64,000 nucleotides of DNA, from assembly GCA_051047955.1 (NCBI GenBank), contig JBPGPT010000045.1, forward strand, positions 1-64,000, in the 5' to 3' direction. This document shows positions 24,379 through 36,765 of the stretch, piece after piece. This DNA comes from Cystobasidiomycetes sp. EMM_F5. Taxonomy: Eukaryota. The notes beneath the pieces were generated by a model, which was not told where the DNA came from, did not search any database, and worked only from the letters and a program-made list of their open reading frames with translations. Within the stretch, counting starts at the first letter, position 1. Every line of letters begins with the position of its first letter. The position numbers were made by a program, and so were the translations under genes.

Positions 24379-27300
24379 ATGAATGGCGAGGTCGTTGGCC
24401 ATGCTGCCAATGGCCATACTGAGGCCAGTCAACTGCATGAAAAGATGAAGTATGCTGCACTGAACGATGAGTCTGAAATCAATGGCCATTCCGACGGCAG
24501 CAGTGACGATGAAGTCGCAGTCGCGCTTTCCAACGAGAATAGCGATAGAAGACCCAGCGAAGCTATCCAGAGCATACCTTCAAATGGCAAGAAGTCCAAA
24601 AAGAAGAAGAAGAAGAAACCCGCGAGCAAGCGGAATCCAGCTGATGCAGTCGCAAATAAACCAAGTGCCGTTGATTTTGACGCCGCTCGACTGAGAATCG
24701 CTCGCAACAAGCATATGCGCTTCATATCCAGCTACCATGTAGGTTTCATTCCATGTGCGACCTTATTTTCACACTCGCTGCAGGATTGCTGATGGGATTC
24801 GTTTGTCAAATGCATAAATCAAATAGGGCCCTTGGTTACAACTACCGCCAGAACTGCTAGAATCCCTGCTGCAGCTCAATTCTAGTCACTCTGCTTCAGG
24901 TCAAGTATCCGCAGACTCTGCTGCGAAACGCGAACGAGACCATACCGTCAATTGCAGAGCATGTAGCAGCTTGGATGCACAGGAACTCGCTCGAGCCAAC
25001 GCTAATGGTCACGACCATGCAGACACGTCAATCCAAAGTCCGTCCGGTGGTACTGGAAGCCGTTCTTCGCCGCCAATAGACCCAGCCGTGTTTATGGGAA
25101 CACTCGAAGTTCGCAAGCTTCTCGACGAGGCTTCCGATTTAGCAGTACGAGCTGCATCTGGGCTATCGGCCGCGGCACTAGGTGCACTTGCTGCATCTAC
25201 TGCTCAATCTGGCGGGAATGTGGCTACGGCTCTTGGGCTCGAGAACACAGTCAACGGGCGCCCAGCAGCTATGAGCGCTACGCGGCAGCATAGGCTGCGA
25301 GCAATGGCTGTCAACAAATTAGCACAGGCGTATATGATTGACGAAGTCGCTGCGAGCGTGGCTGTGATGCAAGGCGCTACTGCTATCGATGATATTGCGG
25401 AGAAGGTGCTACGCCACGACGCAGGCAATGTTGATGCTCAACTCGTCCAATTCTTCCATGAGAAGATACCTTCTGCGCGAGTACCTTTTCAATTCTGGAT
25501 ACCCTGGTCTCGCTGATTATATCTGTGCTTTGCAGGCCCTCCGTAGCTCGAGCTCATGCAGTCCTGTCGCCGTCCACCGCGCTAGACAGGCTGATACATC
25601 TGTATCCAGACAGACTGCCGTATTTCCGAAGCCTCGGCATCTGGCAAGTATTCAAACATGAATATGAGAGCGCTCTAGGCATCTTCACTTCCGCTATCGA
25701 GCATGCCAAGTCTCTCCGAAAGACAAAATCGCATCGCAATACCGCTGAAAAGGTGTCTCGAAGTGGAAAGAAACGCAACAAGGGCAAAGGCGCCACCACG
25801 TCTCATCAGGAAGGAAAAGATCACGCGTTGAATTCGCCATTGTCTGCTGTCTCGACTGGCGATAGCTCTGATGGTTCAGGGTGCTTTGTCCGGCACATCT
25901 TACCTCTTCGTGCAAACGCTGCTACCTCCGCTTGCGAAGAATCTTTCGACATTGGCAAGGAACCTGGAGACGACATTGAGAGGCAAATGTACTTCTTTCG
26001 GGGCATGGCAGCGTACCAAGCTGCTATGGTCTTGGTAGAGACCGTCACTCTCGGCGTAGATAAGATCGCCAGGCCGGCTGGAGGTTTGGCCAACGAGGCT
26101 GGCGACTTCACACTGGACTTTTTGGGTGTAAAAGTAAAGCCTGCGGCCAAAAATCTGTTAAGAGGCAGCTTGATTGGCTCTGCTTCGCCTAGCAAGCTCG
26201 CCGAGTATGAGAGACGCTTCAATGCTCAGGACGGGTCGGATGGCAAAGCAAGCAGAATCACCGAGTTGCTGAAACAGTCAAACGAGGATCTCATGAGATT
26301 CTTGTCGTACTTTGCCGTTTGGGAGGCAGAGATTGACACTTCATTGCGCAAAGAGGTTGATTCATCCGGACCTCCTAACGTCGTCAACCAGCACCTCATT
26401 CGGACGAATACAGAAAAGAGCGTACCCTTTCGAGGCCGTAAACTCGTACATCACCGCGTCTTGGCTGGTCGCACACTATATACCGATCCGCGGACTACAC
26501 AAACAGCACCATACCAAAAGTAAGGCCCATTTAGTCGAACTGTACTTGCGAAAGAAGCTTATGCTAACCTTCTTTCCGCCTACTCTGGCTCGTTGGAATC
26601 GCAGACCTCTGCTCATGACCTATCATCCTCTGCAGATCGAAGCACACTTTTCGATACTACTAAATTTGCTCCTCTTGGGAGACTTTCAATCGCTACTCTT
26701 GCATCACTATCGTACTAATCGTCTCATGGATGGTAAGAGACCAAACACCTACTGCTGCTGCGATATATGACTGATAGTTGTGCACTGCGTTGCAGCCATC
26801 GAGGGCTATCCCGTCTTTGTTCCCGCACGGTCGCTTAACCAATGTCAATATGTCGAGCTGATGGAACTGCTCGCGGAGGGCTGGCTGCCAGCGCGAGAGC
26901 AGTCTGGTCACGCTACCGCACCACTTGGCACTTCTGAAGACAGAATCTACACGGCCGGACCGCTACACTGCCTCCAACATCTCGTTTCATACTTTACCAC
27001 AGAGCATTCGACCCGGCTTGCCGATGCTGCAGAGCAGGCAGAGAACGATGCAGCCGCAGCCGCAGAAAGTATGTTTGCGGAGCGCAAGCCTCGTAAACTA
27101 GTGGAAGCTATGCAGAGCGTGACCGCTGCAGAAATGGAAGCGGAAGCAGGCAAAACCATAGAAGTCAAAACTATCGAAGCCCCTCCGCAGACATCGGCAA
27201 AGACCGAGATTAGTATGGCGTGGTTGCAGATCAGTTCCCTCATGCCTTTGGAAGCGGAAGAGGCTGCATGTCTCGGCAACAGCAGCGGTCCGAGTGTGTC

Positions 27301-27544
27301 GACATGGTCTGAAGTCTCACCCGGCGCGCAGAATGGATTTCTAGACGATGAGGATGCATCTGCATCTTTGAACCTGCACGGTCATGAGTATAGGATCGTC
27401 AAAGGGAAGGGGAAAGCAAAAGCAGCACCTGCTCCGATTACGCTGCCAGTGCCGCGATCCGTTTTGCGAGATATTGCGGGCATTCGGAATGATCCGAATA
27501 ATCGCTTCCATCGCCCTGGCGAAGGCAGTAGTCGGTACAATTAG
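24379..27544 (+). CDS. Conserved fungal protein of unknown function with TPR-like helices and a basic NLS
   Basis: Motifs IARNKHMRFISSYH-GPWLQLPPELL, PPIDPAVF, VRKLLDEASDLAVRAASG, AYMIDEVAASVAVMQG, FFHEKIPS, TYHPL and GYPVFVPARS, recalled as a conserved fungal family. Poly-Lys KKSKKKKKKK. Confidence 0.8.
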
Positions 27545-27639
27545 GAGGAACTAGCACCAGCTTGTAACCTCTCAATATTAGATTACTGCTTGCGTAAGGA
27601 AATGCGAGATGTTCTGCTACACGATATTGTTTTCATTCC

Positions 27640-28014
27640 TCAACTGAACCAGCCCTTCTTCTCTGCCGCCGGAGGTTGCCCTTGTGCTGCTGCCGCTGCC
27701 GCCCCTTGAGCTTGCATACGTTCGCCGACCAGACCATTCACTTCAAACCATTTTGCGACTGCCGAAGGAGCGGGTCAGGGAAACAATATCGCATAGCGTC
27801 GTGTAAAGAGTTGCTCACCACACCGGTCTGCACACTGCCCTTCGCCTTTGGACAGCTGCTCGTCGTGGTAGGCCGTGTCTATGCACTTCGCATGGCAAGA
27901 CTTTACGAGCCTGTTGAAGAGATCCGAAACCATTTCAATCTCGACGGTCGCAGCTTCGAGCCGCTCAGAGTTGACTGCCGACGGCATAGGCTGAGGCCGC
28001 CCAAACATGGACAT
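27640..28014 (-). CDS. TIM10: Mitochondrial intermembrane-space chaperone Tim10, 2 exons
   Basis: EIEMVSDLFNRLVKSCHAKCI...LSKGEGQCADRC-VAKWFEVN with twin CX3C motifs. Confidence 0.93.
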
Positions 28015-28266
28015 GGTTGACGAGGCTGCGACTGGTGAAAAAAGGTCAGGATGGGTCGACAGAAGTGCGGGATTCGAGCTGGAAACTGACGGTGGGTTAT
28101 GAGAACAGCGGTCAGATATGGTTAATGGAATGCAGAGCAGAGTAAGTTATGCTGATGGAAGGAAGAAAAGCTGGGTCTAACGTAAATTATTGTGATCATT
28201 ATTCTCAAACGCTGGTCTGCTCCGCTCAATCCAAAGTCCAGCCATATACTGCTTCTGCACTTGCTC

Positions 28267-29978
28267 ATGCAGCGTATACTGCCAACAAGATGCGCAGCTC
28301 GCTCCACGCCGTGCTCAGGCTTGGTTAGAGGCCTGGCACCGCGATCCCGATGGTCAAGCTCTGAAGCTGCCTCAAATAATAAAACAACTACGAGCAGCGA
28401 GAGTAATAACCAGAGCAGCAGTAGTAGTACTCGTAAGTGGTGAAAAGGTGATACTGCCGTATTACTTTTAAACCAAGATTAATACCGCCAGCTCCACCCG
28501 AGGGCAAAGGAACCGCATCGGCATTCAGTGCCTTCAGTCAACGCCTCGACGCGCTGCGAGGGTAAGCTCCGACAAGATGTAGCACAGAGTCTATTCTGAC
28601 TGTCCTTCGTAACAGTGCTCCTCAGTCAGTCTCGAATGCGGAAGGCTACGCAGCAGGAAAGGCACCAGCCAACTCTAGAGTTCTCCCCGAGACTGTCAAG
28701 AAACCGGGAGAAGACTTGTATGTGAATGAAAGCGGGTATCCACAACGAAGAAATATTTCGGGAATAGAAAGCACAAAGAACCCTCGGGGTCGTCATACGG
28801 GAAAGCACGGCAAGAACGAGTTGGCGCCCCGACCTCGGCGAATGGACGGTCGCGACTTGGTTGCGCAGATGACCGCAGCGCGACAGATTAACAATCTTCA
28901 TGCAGATATTGACTGGGATGGTCTCGATGGCCTGATTGCCCATCCAAAATCCGGTCCGTTAGTTTCGACAGCGGCAGACCCTGAGCAGAGGCCTGTTAGA
29001 AATCCAAGACAACGACGAGACGCAAATACCGTGCAACCAGGTCGCAACAGTAACTCTCGCCGTGATGGAGCGTCTCCGCGCCCGCGGCGCCCAATCGGGG
29101 GTGGAGTTCCGACCGATGCATTACCCTTTGATGAGTTCTCATCGTCATCTAACGCGACGGATGAGCAGTTGGATGGTTCCTCGTTCCTCCGGCCAGCTTC
29201 GGCAAGACGTCCGTCTGGCCAAAATCGAGATAGCCAAACACGCAACCGAGATAGCCAAACACGCAACATACGACCACGCACATATGAGCGGGTAGCCAAT
29301 ACTACGGCATCTCAAGTTGCATCGCCGGAGCCGGTCGACTTGAAGCCGGTGAGCTCAGAAGGCCTGGCTGATGTTGGCCAAGATTTTAGTAATGCTAGAC
29401 GGTTCAGGGCTCAGACGGATGGAGGGTCTAGCTACGGAGAATCGTATGGCGGACGAGGAAGACCACGGGCAGCCACAGTCGACCTCTCTGCCGGACAAGG
29501 ACAGGGACGAGGTAGGTTTGGACCAAGCAGACCGGGCCAATCAAGACCTGGTCAGACTCGTCCAGGACAGCAACGCTCGGGACGTCCGACTAGAGCTGTA
29601 CAAGGCACTTTTCGGGGCGGCAGCGGCCGTGAAAGGGTTCGGCACGAAAATCACATCAAGTCTGCTTTCCCTGCCAGCATATTTGCAGTTTCTCCGCAGT
29701 CGAATGGCCTCCAGAGCATTGCTATCCAAACAAGTGGACATGGGCGCATCACGTCACATCTTCCCGACCAGTGGCAGCTGTACATGAAGCGCGCTAGAGA
29801 TCTGCCCACGACGAGCTCGACGGACGCCGAACAGGGTTCCGCGCGAACACGTCTCATCCCCGCTTCTCAGCGTGCGAGTCTTCTCAAGGATGCAAAGCGG
29901 GTAGTATCGTACAATCCGAGTATGACGCTCAATGACAAGGTCAGTTTGGCACATACGCTGGATCGCATTGTACCGTAG
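28267..29978 (+). CDS. Hypothetical Arg/Gly-rich low-complexity protein with a mitochondrial-presequence-like N-terminus, 3 exons
   Basis: N-terminus MQRILPTRCAARSTPCSGLVRGLAPRSRWSS (Arg/Ser-rich, no acidic residues); long last exon ending at 29978; divergent from TIM10. Confidence 0.7.
29226..29267 (+). repeat. Perfect 21-bp tandem duplication inside a CDS (RDSQTRN x2)
   Basis: cgagatagccaaacacgcaac occurs twice in tandem. Confidence 0.95.
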
Positions 29979-30066
29979 GAGGTGTCTTTGCAGAAAGTCA
30001 TTGCATGCTGTTTGTATATTGTTGCTACATGCACGTGCACCATTGCTTGCAAACCTAACAAACGCT

Positions 30067-31175
30067 ATGACGAACATTGAGAACGACGACGACGCAGCAT
30101 TCCAGCGCGCTGTAGCGTTTGCTCGCAGCAGTAAAATTGCAACATCGAATGCAACGAAGCTCGAAGTGCGCTCGTTGGGTCATGCGCTGATGCTTCGTGG
30201 AGACGCCTCAAACCAGCTGACCATGCCCGCGACTGACACAGCTGTACGCGTACTTCAAGATTGTCACCGTCGCAGTCACTCCCGCCATCGCTGGACTCTC
30301 CCGTCCTTCCCTGTTTGAATTTGAAGGTCGAGCCAAGTTTGACGCCTGGTCGCGTATCGGTACTGCCCTCCAGTCTGCTGGCAGCGGCGAAAGAGCTGTT
30401 CAAGAGGCCCGCAAACAGTATCTAAAAATTGCGAGGAAGCAGCTGAACTTTGTAGACACCCCCAAAGACAATGGATTAGCTGCAAACAAAGGCGTCGAGC
30501 CGTCAACAGCGCCGTCTAGAGAGAGAACTGCTGACGAGATGCTAGATGACGTGGACAACGTCGACGACGAGACTGGCTACTCTGCCTCTGGCCAGGGTTC
30601 AAACATGGTCGTCGTGTCGCGCATGCGTGCGGCAGACGATGACGAGCGTACGGATAGACATGACACAGACACGGCGAATAGGTGAAAATTCCAACTCTAT
30701 GTCAGCAAATCCCTCCACTAAGACTGCAACATCCCAAGGCTACATCGACTCGCGGCGCATGGTAACGTTTCTGAAATCCGCAGAATGCATCCTTCTCCTG
30801 CGCAATGCAATGAGCTGGATGAATACGCAAGTTTACGGATCATGGATTTAGTAGTACGTACGCTAATCATGTAACGTATTGCAGGGCTTCACTCCTCTGC
30901 ACAGAGCTGCGGACGGCGGTAAGTGCAACTTGCCTACACAACCACGTTGTCAACGGACTCTGGTGACAATGCGACTCGCATAACAGAACACGCCGATGTT
31001 GTAGAACTGCTGCTGAAGCTGGGCGCCGACGCGACTGTCAAGGTATGTGGTTCACTAGCTACCCCGTTCTCACGAAGCAGCCTTAAACATTGTGTTACAG
31101 GATTCCGAAGGGAGCACAGCACTGGATACAGCTCGAATATTGGAGAACAACGCGATCGTTGCCTTGCTACAGTAG
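30067..31175 (+). CDS. Acyl-CoA-binding domain plus ankyrin-repeat protein (ACBD6-like)
   Basis: ACBP motifs FQRAV, TKLE-LYAYFKIVT, RPSLFEFEGRAKFDAW; ankyrin repeats DEY-GFTPLHRAADG-EHADVVELLLKLGADATVK-DSEGSTALD. Includes a GC-AG intron at 30827-30884. Confidence 0.88.
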
Positions 31176-31185
31176 AATATGACGA

Positions 31186-34068
31186 TCAAGTACCATTCAC
31201 GGGTCGCACAGGAGCCGGCCAGTATCTATGCTGCGTAGGATCGCTCGGATCCGGCGCAGGATCGCATGGATATGGGTACGGATGGTCCACCCCATGAGGT
31301 CCGCGGATGAAAGATGATGGCATGACAACCTGCCATTCGCCAAAGGGTTTGTTGTGCTCTGGCACGCCGGCTTCTCTGTGACTGCCTCGGACCCAAGTAT
31401 ACATCCTTCGCAAAGCAGTCATGTGCTCGATGTCGACCTCATCGAGCTCATTGACGGGAAAGTCATCCAACTTGGCGCGTCTCCGGACGCGAAGGCCACT
31501 TATCGGCAGATAAACGGTCTCCTCCTTGGTGAGCTCGGGTGTTGATGCGCGGGACACCGTAGGCACAAGCACTCTGGAATCGATGACACCTTGAGTACCA
31601 CGCAAAGCGTCCAATGGTATTGGAAAGGTCGTATCGTGCTTATCGAGAACCTTGGTCGCCCGCTCGTTGCGGAATTTATTGTCAAAATCAAAATCATCGT
31701 CGTATTCGTCGTTTGGGCCGGACGAAACGGAAGATAGGTCGTCATCGGAGTTGAAAGCGTTAGCCACGCGTTGCAAAGTCGATGAGACTCTATGCGTAGC
31801 CTCGGCTGCGGATTTGTCCGGAGGTTGCGGCGTAGAACGAAAGTTGCGCGGAGCTCGCCTTCGCTGGTGCTGTAGTCCTATAGGCGTTGACGAACGTGAA
31901 CCGTTTCGAAGAAATTTAAGGCTGGCGGCAGGGGCAGTCGCAGGTCCGGCCGTCACGGTGCCTGGAACAGCCGATATTGTGATAGATGGAGGTACTTGGC
32001 CTGGTATCGGCGTGCCAGCTCTTGTAGCGTCGCCAGCTGACAGATGCGCAGAGTGCAGCTGGTTGACTTTCTGCTGTTGCCACCGCAAGACATCTAAAGA
32101 AGTAACAGGTAAAATTATTGATCAGCATCGTCCGAATACCCTACTGAAGTATAACGCACTGCTTGCACCGTAGCGATAGGCATCGCGCTCTCTCGAAGCC
32201 TTTGAAGGCGGACTCGGCGGTCCAGCTCCACGACCGCGGTACTCCCAAAAATGTTCAATCTCCTCCGATGGATGGTGAACCTTTTGGATGGGTATGCGTT
32301 TCTTCCGATATTTTGACGGTACATCCGTCTCGGTCTCACCGCCCATTGTATCATCTTGCGATTCAGAAGGATCAACGCGGTATCCAGGATGGAGAAACAT
32401 GGCTGCAGTTGCTTGAGCTTCTGCGGCTTGCGCTGTTGCATCCATGTACGCAATCGCTTCCTTCCGCCCGTCATCGTCTTCTGAAGAGCGTTCTTTCTTC
32501 TTCCTCTTCTTCTTACGCGTAGGCGAAGGTGGAAGGGAGCTACCGTGCACGTCGGTTGCACCGGGATTTGCTGTTTGTGCCACTATTGAACTAGGCTTTA
32601 GGGGTCCAGGATGAGCCGAGGAACGATGACCGCGCTTGCCTGTTGCTCTGTCGGGTAAGCCATTGGAAGATGCGTAGCCATTCTTGTTGGACGGCGCGAC
32701 TGTCGTAAGACCTGCTTCGCTGGCTGCAATAGACGTTCCAGGCGCGGGGCGAATAGCTCTGAAAGGTAGTACTGATGGTTCCGCAGTGACTGTAGACGAG
32801 GTCGAACGCGCAGCTCTAGTTGAGCTGCTACGGCCCATGGGAGCGCTGGCAATCGCATTGGCTGGTGAAGCCGACCTCGACTTTGTTCCGGCAGCTCCAG
32901 CCGCTCCGGTCCTAGCTGCAGCTAGTTTTCGCTGTGCAACTGATGCTGCAGAGGGTGCTGCGATAGGTCCGCTCTGGCTTGAGAAATCGGACGCAGCGAC
33001 TCCCTCGGGCGGTGGCGGAATGCCTGTACGATCGAGAAAGAGGAGTACACGGGTAGCGAGAATCAGAAAATCACTATAGCTATACACAAGCTCTTGATAC
33101 GCACCTTTACCGCCTGCAGTCCAGGGACGACTTGCGTTTGACCCAGGCGCTACAGTGCCATTGCTCTGTTTGAAGGGTACACGTGGCTCGAGCAGTTCAT
33201 TGTATCGCATCAGCATCTCCTCGGCCTCATGGAGCTGCTTGATCTTGACACGCTCGCTATCCTTGACTCTGTCACTAACGGCGGCTGGGGCTAAACGCCC
33301 GTTCGCTCCCTTGACCGGACTCGCCGAGGCGTAGTAGGCAGAGCTTGCCAATCCCGTTTTGAGTTGCTCGATCCTTGCGCGTAGAGTATTACGTTCCTGT
33401 GCAAGTCGATCCTTCTCTTGCTTGCGCGCTCGACGTTCGAGGGTTTCCCCTGGAGTGTGCTTTTTGAGGTAATAGAGGTCGCTGGTGTCGACCTGCTGGC
33501 CGTGCTGGCGCCGAGCGCGAGCAAACGAGTAGGACGTCTCATCGAGTAGCTTACACTCTGGCACTTCAATCAGATGTTGCAGCGTTGCGGGGAGGACTGG
33601 CGGGTCGAAGGATACGAGGGATTCTGATGGCTGGGTCGTGAAGAGCAGAGTCTGATACGGGGGCAGCAGTGGACCTAGCGAATCAACGTCAATGTGCGCG
33701 TGCGAGTGGAAATCGTCAGCCATATTGTTCTTTATATTCAAGCGGAGACTCTGGGAAAATCAATGCCAACCATCGTCAAGGCCGTCCTCATCGTCACTGG
33801 CGTCAGTCTCTTTGCTGGACGCTGCGACGTTGCTTGAACGAGTTGACCGCCGCTCTGGCGCTGGCTGAGCCTGCACTACGGCCTTCTTGACGGCCACTGG
33901 CTGCTGCACCACAATTTCGCGCTTCTTTCCGAGGGCCTTCATCGATGGCCCCGCAGCCTTGGACTCGAGACTTGACGGCTCCCGCTCTCGAGGCACTGGG
34001 TCAGCAGTGGTCGCATAATCTCTCACCGCCAGGCCATTCGCCATGGCGGTTCCATCCGTGTTGGCCAT
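31186..34068 (-). CDS. Sas4-domain (SAS acetyltransferase complex subunit-like) protein with long disordered regions
   Basis: DTSDLYYLKKHTPGETLERRARKQEKDRLAQERNTLRARIEQLK resembles the Sas4 domain pattern. Three ORF segments are joined by canonical introns; NLS RKKKRKKK. Confidence 0.65.
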
Positions 34069-34231
34069 GGAATGCCCCAAAAACACGAAGCGGAGACGCG
34101 GCTGAAGTGTGATAACACAAAGTCCGACTAATAATGAACGCACAACAACGACAAAGCTCTCAGACACTCCCGCTACCATCCTCTCGTCCTGCTGATATAC
34201 TCATACCTCTTTCTCCCGCGATACAGTGTGC

Positions 34232-34974
34232 CTATGTGCTGATATAGGTGCACAGAGCTACGTTGCTCGCCATACCATTCGACCCTTTGAGAGGGTTACC
34301 ACTACCGTCGTCAACCTTAGAGGCACCCGAGTTGCGCTGCCCAATGTATTGAAATTGAGCAACGCCAAGGATCGCAATTGAATAACTTACTACGCAATTC
34401 ACTACCACATCGTAGATGGCTCCAGTGAGGTCCTGGACTGCCCAGCTGATAGTTCCAGCCGCTGGACAGAAGGTATGGTGTCAGGTTTTGTTTGATCTGG
34501 CTATACACGCTACACTCACGGTCACCGTCCTTCAAAGACGACCACTTATAGTTGTAGTCGGTGGTAGAATCCGGCCACTTGAAAAAACAGCCAAGGTAGC
34601 CCCATACGCCATCCGTGATGGTTCCGTCCCCACCTGGCTTCAGGTTGACGTTGAGACCCTTAGTCTTACCTGCATAAGCAATACGTAAATCACATTAGCT
34701 CCATCACAATATTGATGACTCTCTTCGCAGCGCACCCTTCTCAGTAAACCAAAACTTATCAGGAGCGTCGTCGGAGTCGATGAACAGCAGCTGGGCCGTG
34801 TAAACGTCTTGGTCATCGGTCCTCTTCGATAACTGTGGCGCGGATAGGTCAACAAAAGCTAATCCTTTATACAACGTCCATACTCACGGATGCAGCGGGC
34901 GTCGCTGCGACCAGTCCAGTGGTGCTCAGCACCAGGGCTGCAATTGCAAAGGAGGAAGCTAGGACGTTGCGCAT
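34232..34974 (-). CDS. Small secreted protein (~169 aa) with a Kex2-type KR site, 5 exons
   Basis: Spliced MRNVLASSFAIAALVLSTTGLVAATPAAS-LSKR/TDDQDVYTAQLLFIDSDDAPDKFWFTEK-GKTKGLNVNLKPGGDGTITDGVWGYLGCFFKWPD...-PAGTISWAVQDLTGAIYDVVVNCV-RNSG...VALCTYIST*; four canonical introns. Confidence 0.8.
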
Positions 34975-36765
34975 GGTCAAAGTAGATCTGATGCTGGTTT
35001 GTGTCGGTGTGTGATATGAGGGGGAAATAACTACGAGTGAAGGAAGCTAAGAAAGCAGGTGCCATCTGACTGCTGGCGCAGTTGGCGCAATTCGGCTACA
35101 GGTGACTTGGTCTCATGGTGTCGCTCGGCTGCGTTCCAGTGCAAGTGGAGCGCATCCGACCGGCAGCAGCCAATTACGTTAATCGGAAGCGCCGCGGTCA
35201 CATTGTCTAGCGTAAGCTGCTGGCGACCCGGCCGGCGAGCGAAAATGGCAGCAGGTTCTACGTGATCGGGCTGTCGGAGATGTCTGAAGATGTCTCGCCA
35301 GCGTCAGTGTAACGTTGCAGCAATTTGCAGTTGCAGAGATACTTGCAAAGCGGGTGAGGGTCCGAAGGCTCGGCTGCAGTCGATCAGACTCTGCGCTTCG
35401 CATCTCAGGCTGCGCCATCAAGGTTAGCATCATGTCATGGTGAGGGTTGCGTCGCTACGTGGAGCGGAATTTGACCGTGTTCACAGATATCTTAAAGTTG
35501 GTATGAACGAATAACAGACATACAATGCGGCTCATTGCGCGTCACTTCAGGTTCTTCTTCAGTACTGTTTCCATGCACACTGTGCTACCTTTGCGACACT
35601 CTCGCCAAGGCCTTGAGGCGTCGGACAAGTCATCGCGTCATTGACTGGTATGACGGGGGTGACTTGTATCCTGCCGAGATAGCGCTGTTTGAATGGTAGC
35701 TCGATCCGATCAGGTTTCAGATATCCAAGCATACAAATGTGCACTTACGATACAATCAATAACGACTTCAGGTCTCCCCCCTAGAGTCGGACACGATATG
35801 GAGCCTATAGCTGCACATACCGAGACAAGTGAGTCCATTGAGCAAACAAGCTTTGATGGCGTAGCTCACTAGATCCGCCTGCCAGTGGTGCCCAGTCGTA
35901 GGTATACCCAGCCGTTTGATCCGCCCATTGGAAGGTACATGCATCGCCGAGCACGTGGGTTGCACCGTCGCCGCCTGTTGCAGCAATGTTGACCTTCTGC
36001 CAGCAATCGTGGGCTGTGAGAGAGCGAATAGAGGTCTTGAATCAGCGAAATAGACCGTGTGCGAGTGTACGTCACGTACAGGATCCAATCAGCCAAAACT
36101 TGTTAGGTGCAGCATCAGAGTCGATAAAGACGAGTTGAACTGTCCCGTTCTCTCCGGTCGATCGTTTCGCCAGCTAGTCGGGATATGTCAGCTGATGTGC
36201 GACCTGGTTGCACATCACTTTACGTTTCCTTACCTCCAAGGCGGGAGCGGCCCCTACTAAGTTCTTTTGAGCAAGCAGGACTGCCATTATGAGTGCGCCA
36301 TTGACGGCCGTGAGAGAATACATTGTGCTTGTGCTTGAGGATGATATTCAGATTGGGGTACGCTCAAGTGGTATGAGTGTAGGAAATGTGTAGAGATCAG
36401 CTGAGGACCAGAGAGCAATGTGCAAATCCACAAACATCATAGTACCGGCTCAAGGGGAAGTCGTAATGGGGAAGGATTCAAAGGATCCTCGCGCTTTCTC
36501 GCGCTACAAGCATCCTAGCCGGTCGGCGGTGAGCCCTGAAGAAAGGAGAAAGGAAAGTGTGAGAGCGTGAGAGCATGAGATGGAAGTATTCCGAATTTCA
36601 CATTAATTGATTAGTCTATTAGTGTCCATTACAAGCAACATCAGCTCAATCCTCTGTGGGTCAAGAGCAAAGAGAGGCCCACGCGACTCAGGCACCGCCC
36701 ACTTGACAGCCAACCCGATATCCAGGAAGCAGCTCTGCTCTGCACCAACTTGTTGCACTTTTGAT

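Noticed and set aside
24379..27544. Calling this gene a histidine kinase, as I recall some homologues are labelled
   Set aside because: No HisKA, HATPase or receiver motifs are visible in the translation.
35000..36700. 1.7-kb gap upstream of chitin synthase as a possible ncRNA or TE
   Set aside because: No tRNA, snRNA or terminal-repeat signatures seen; consistent with divergent promoters.
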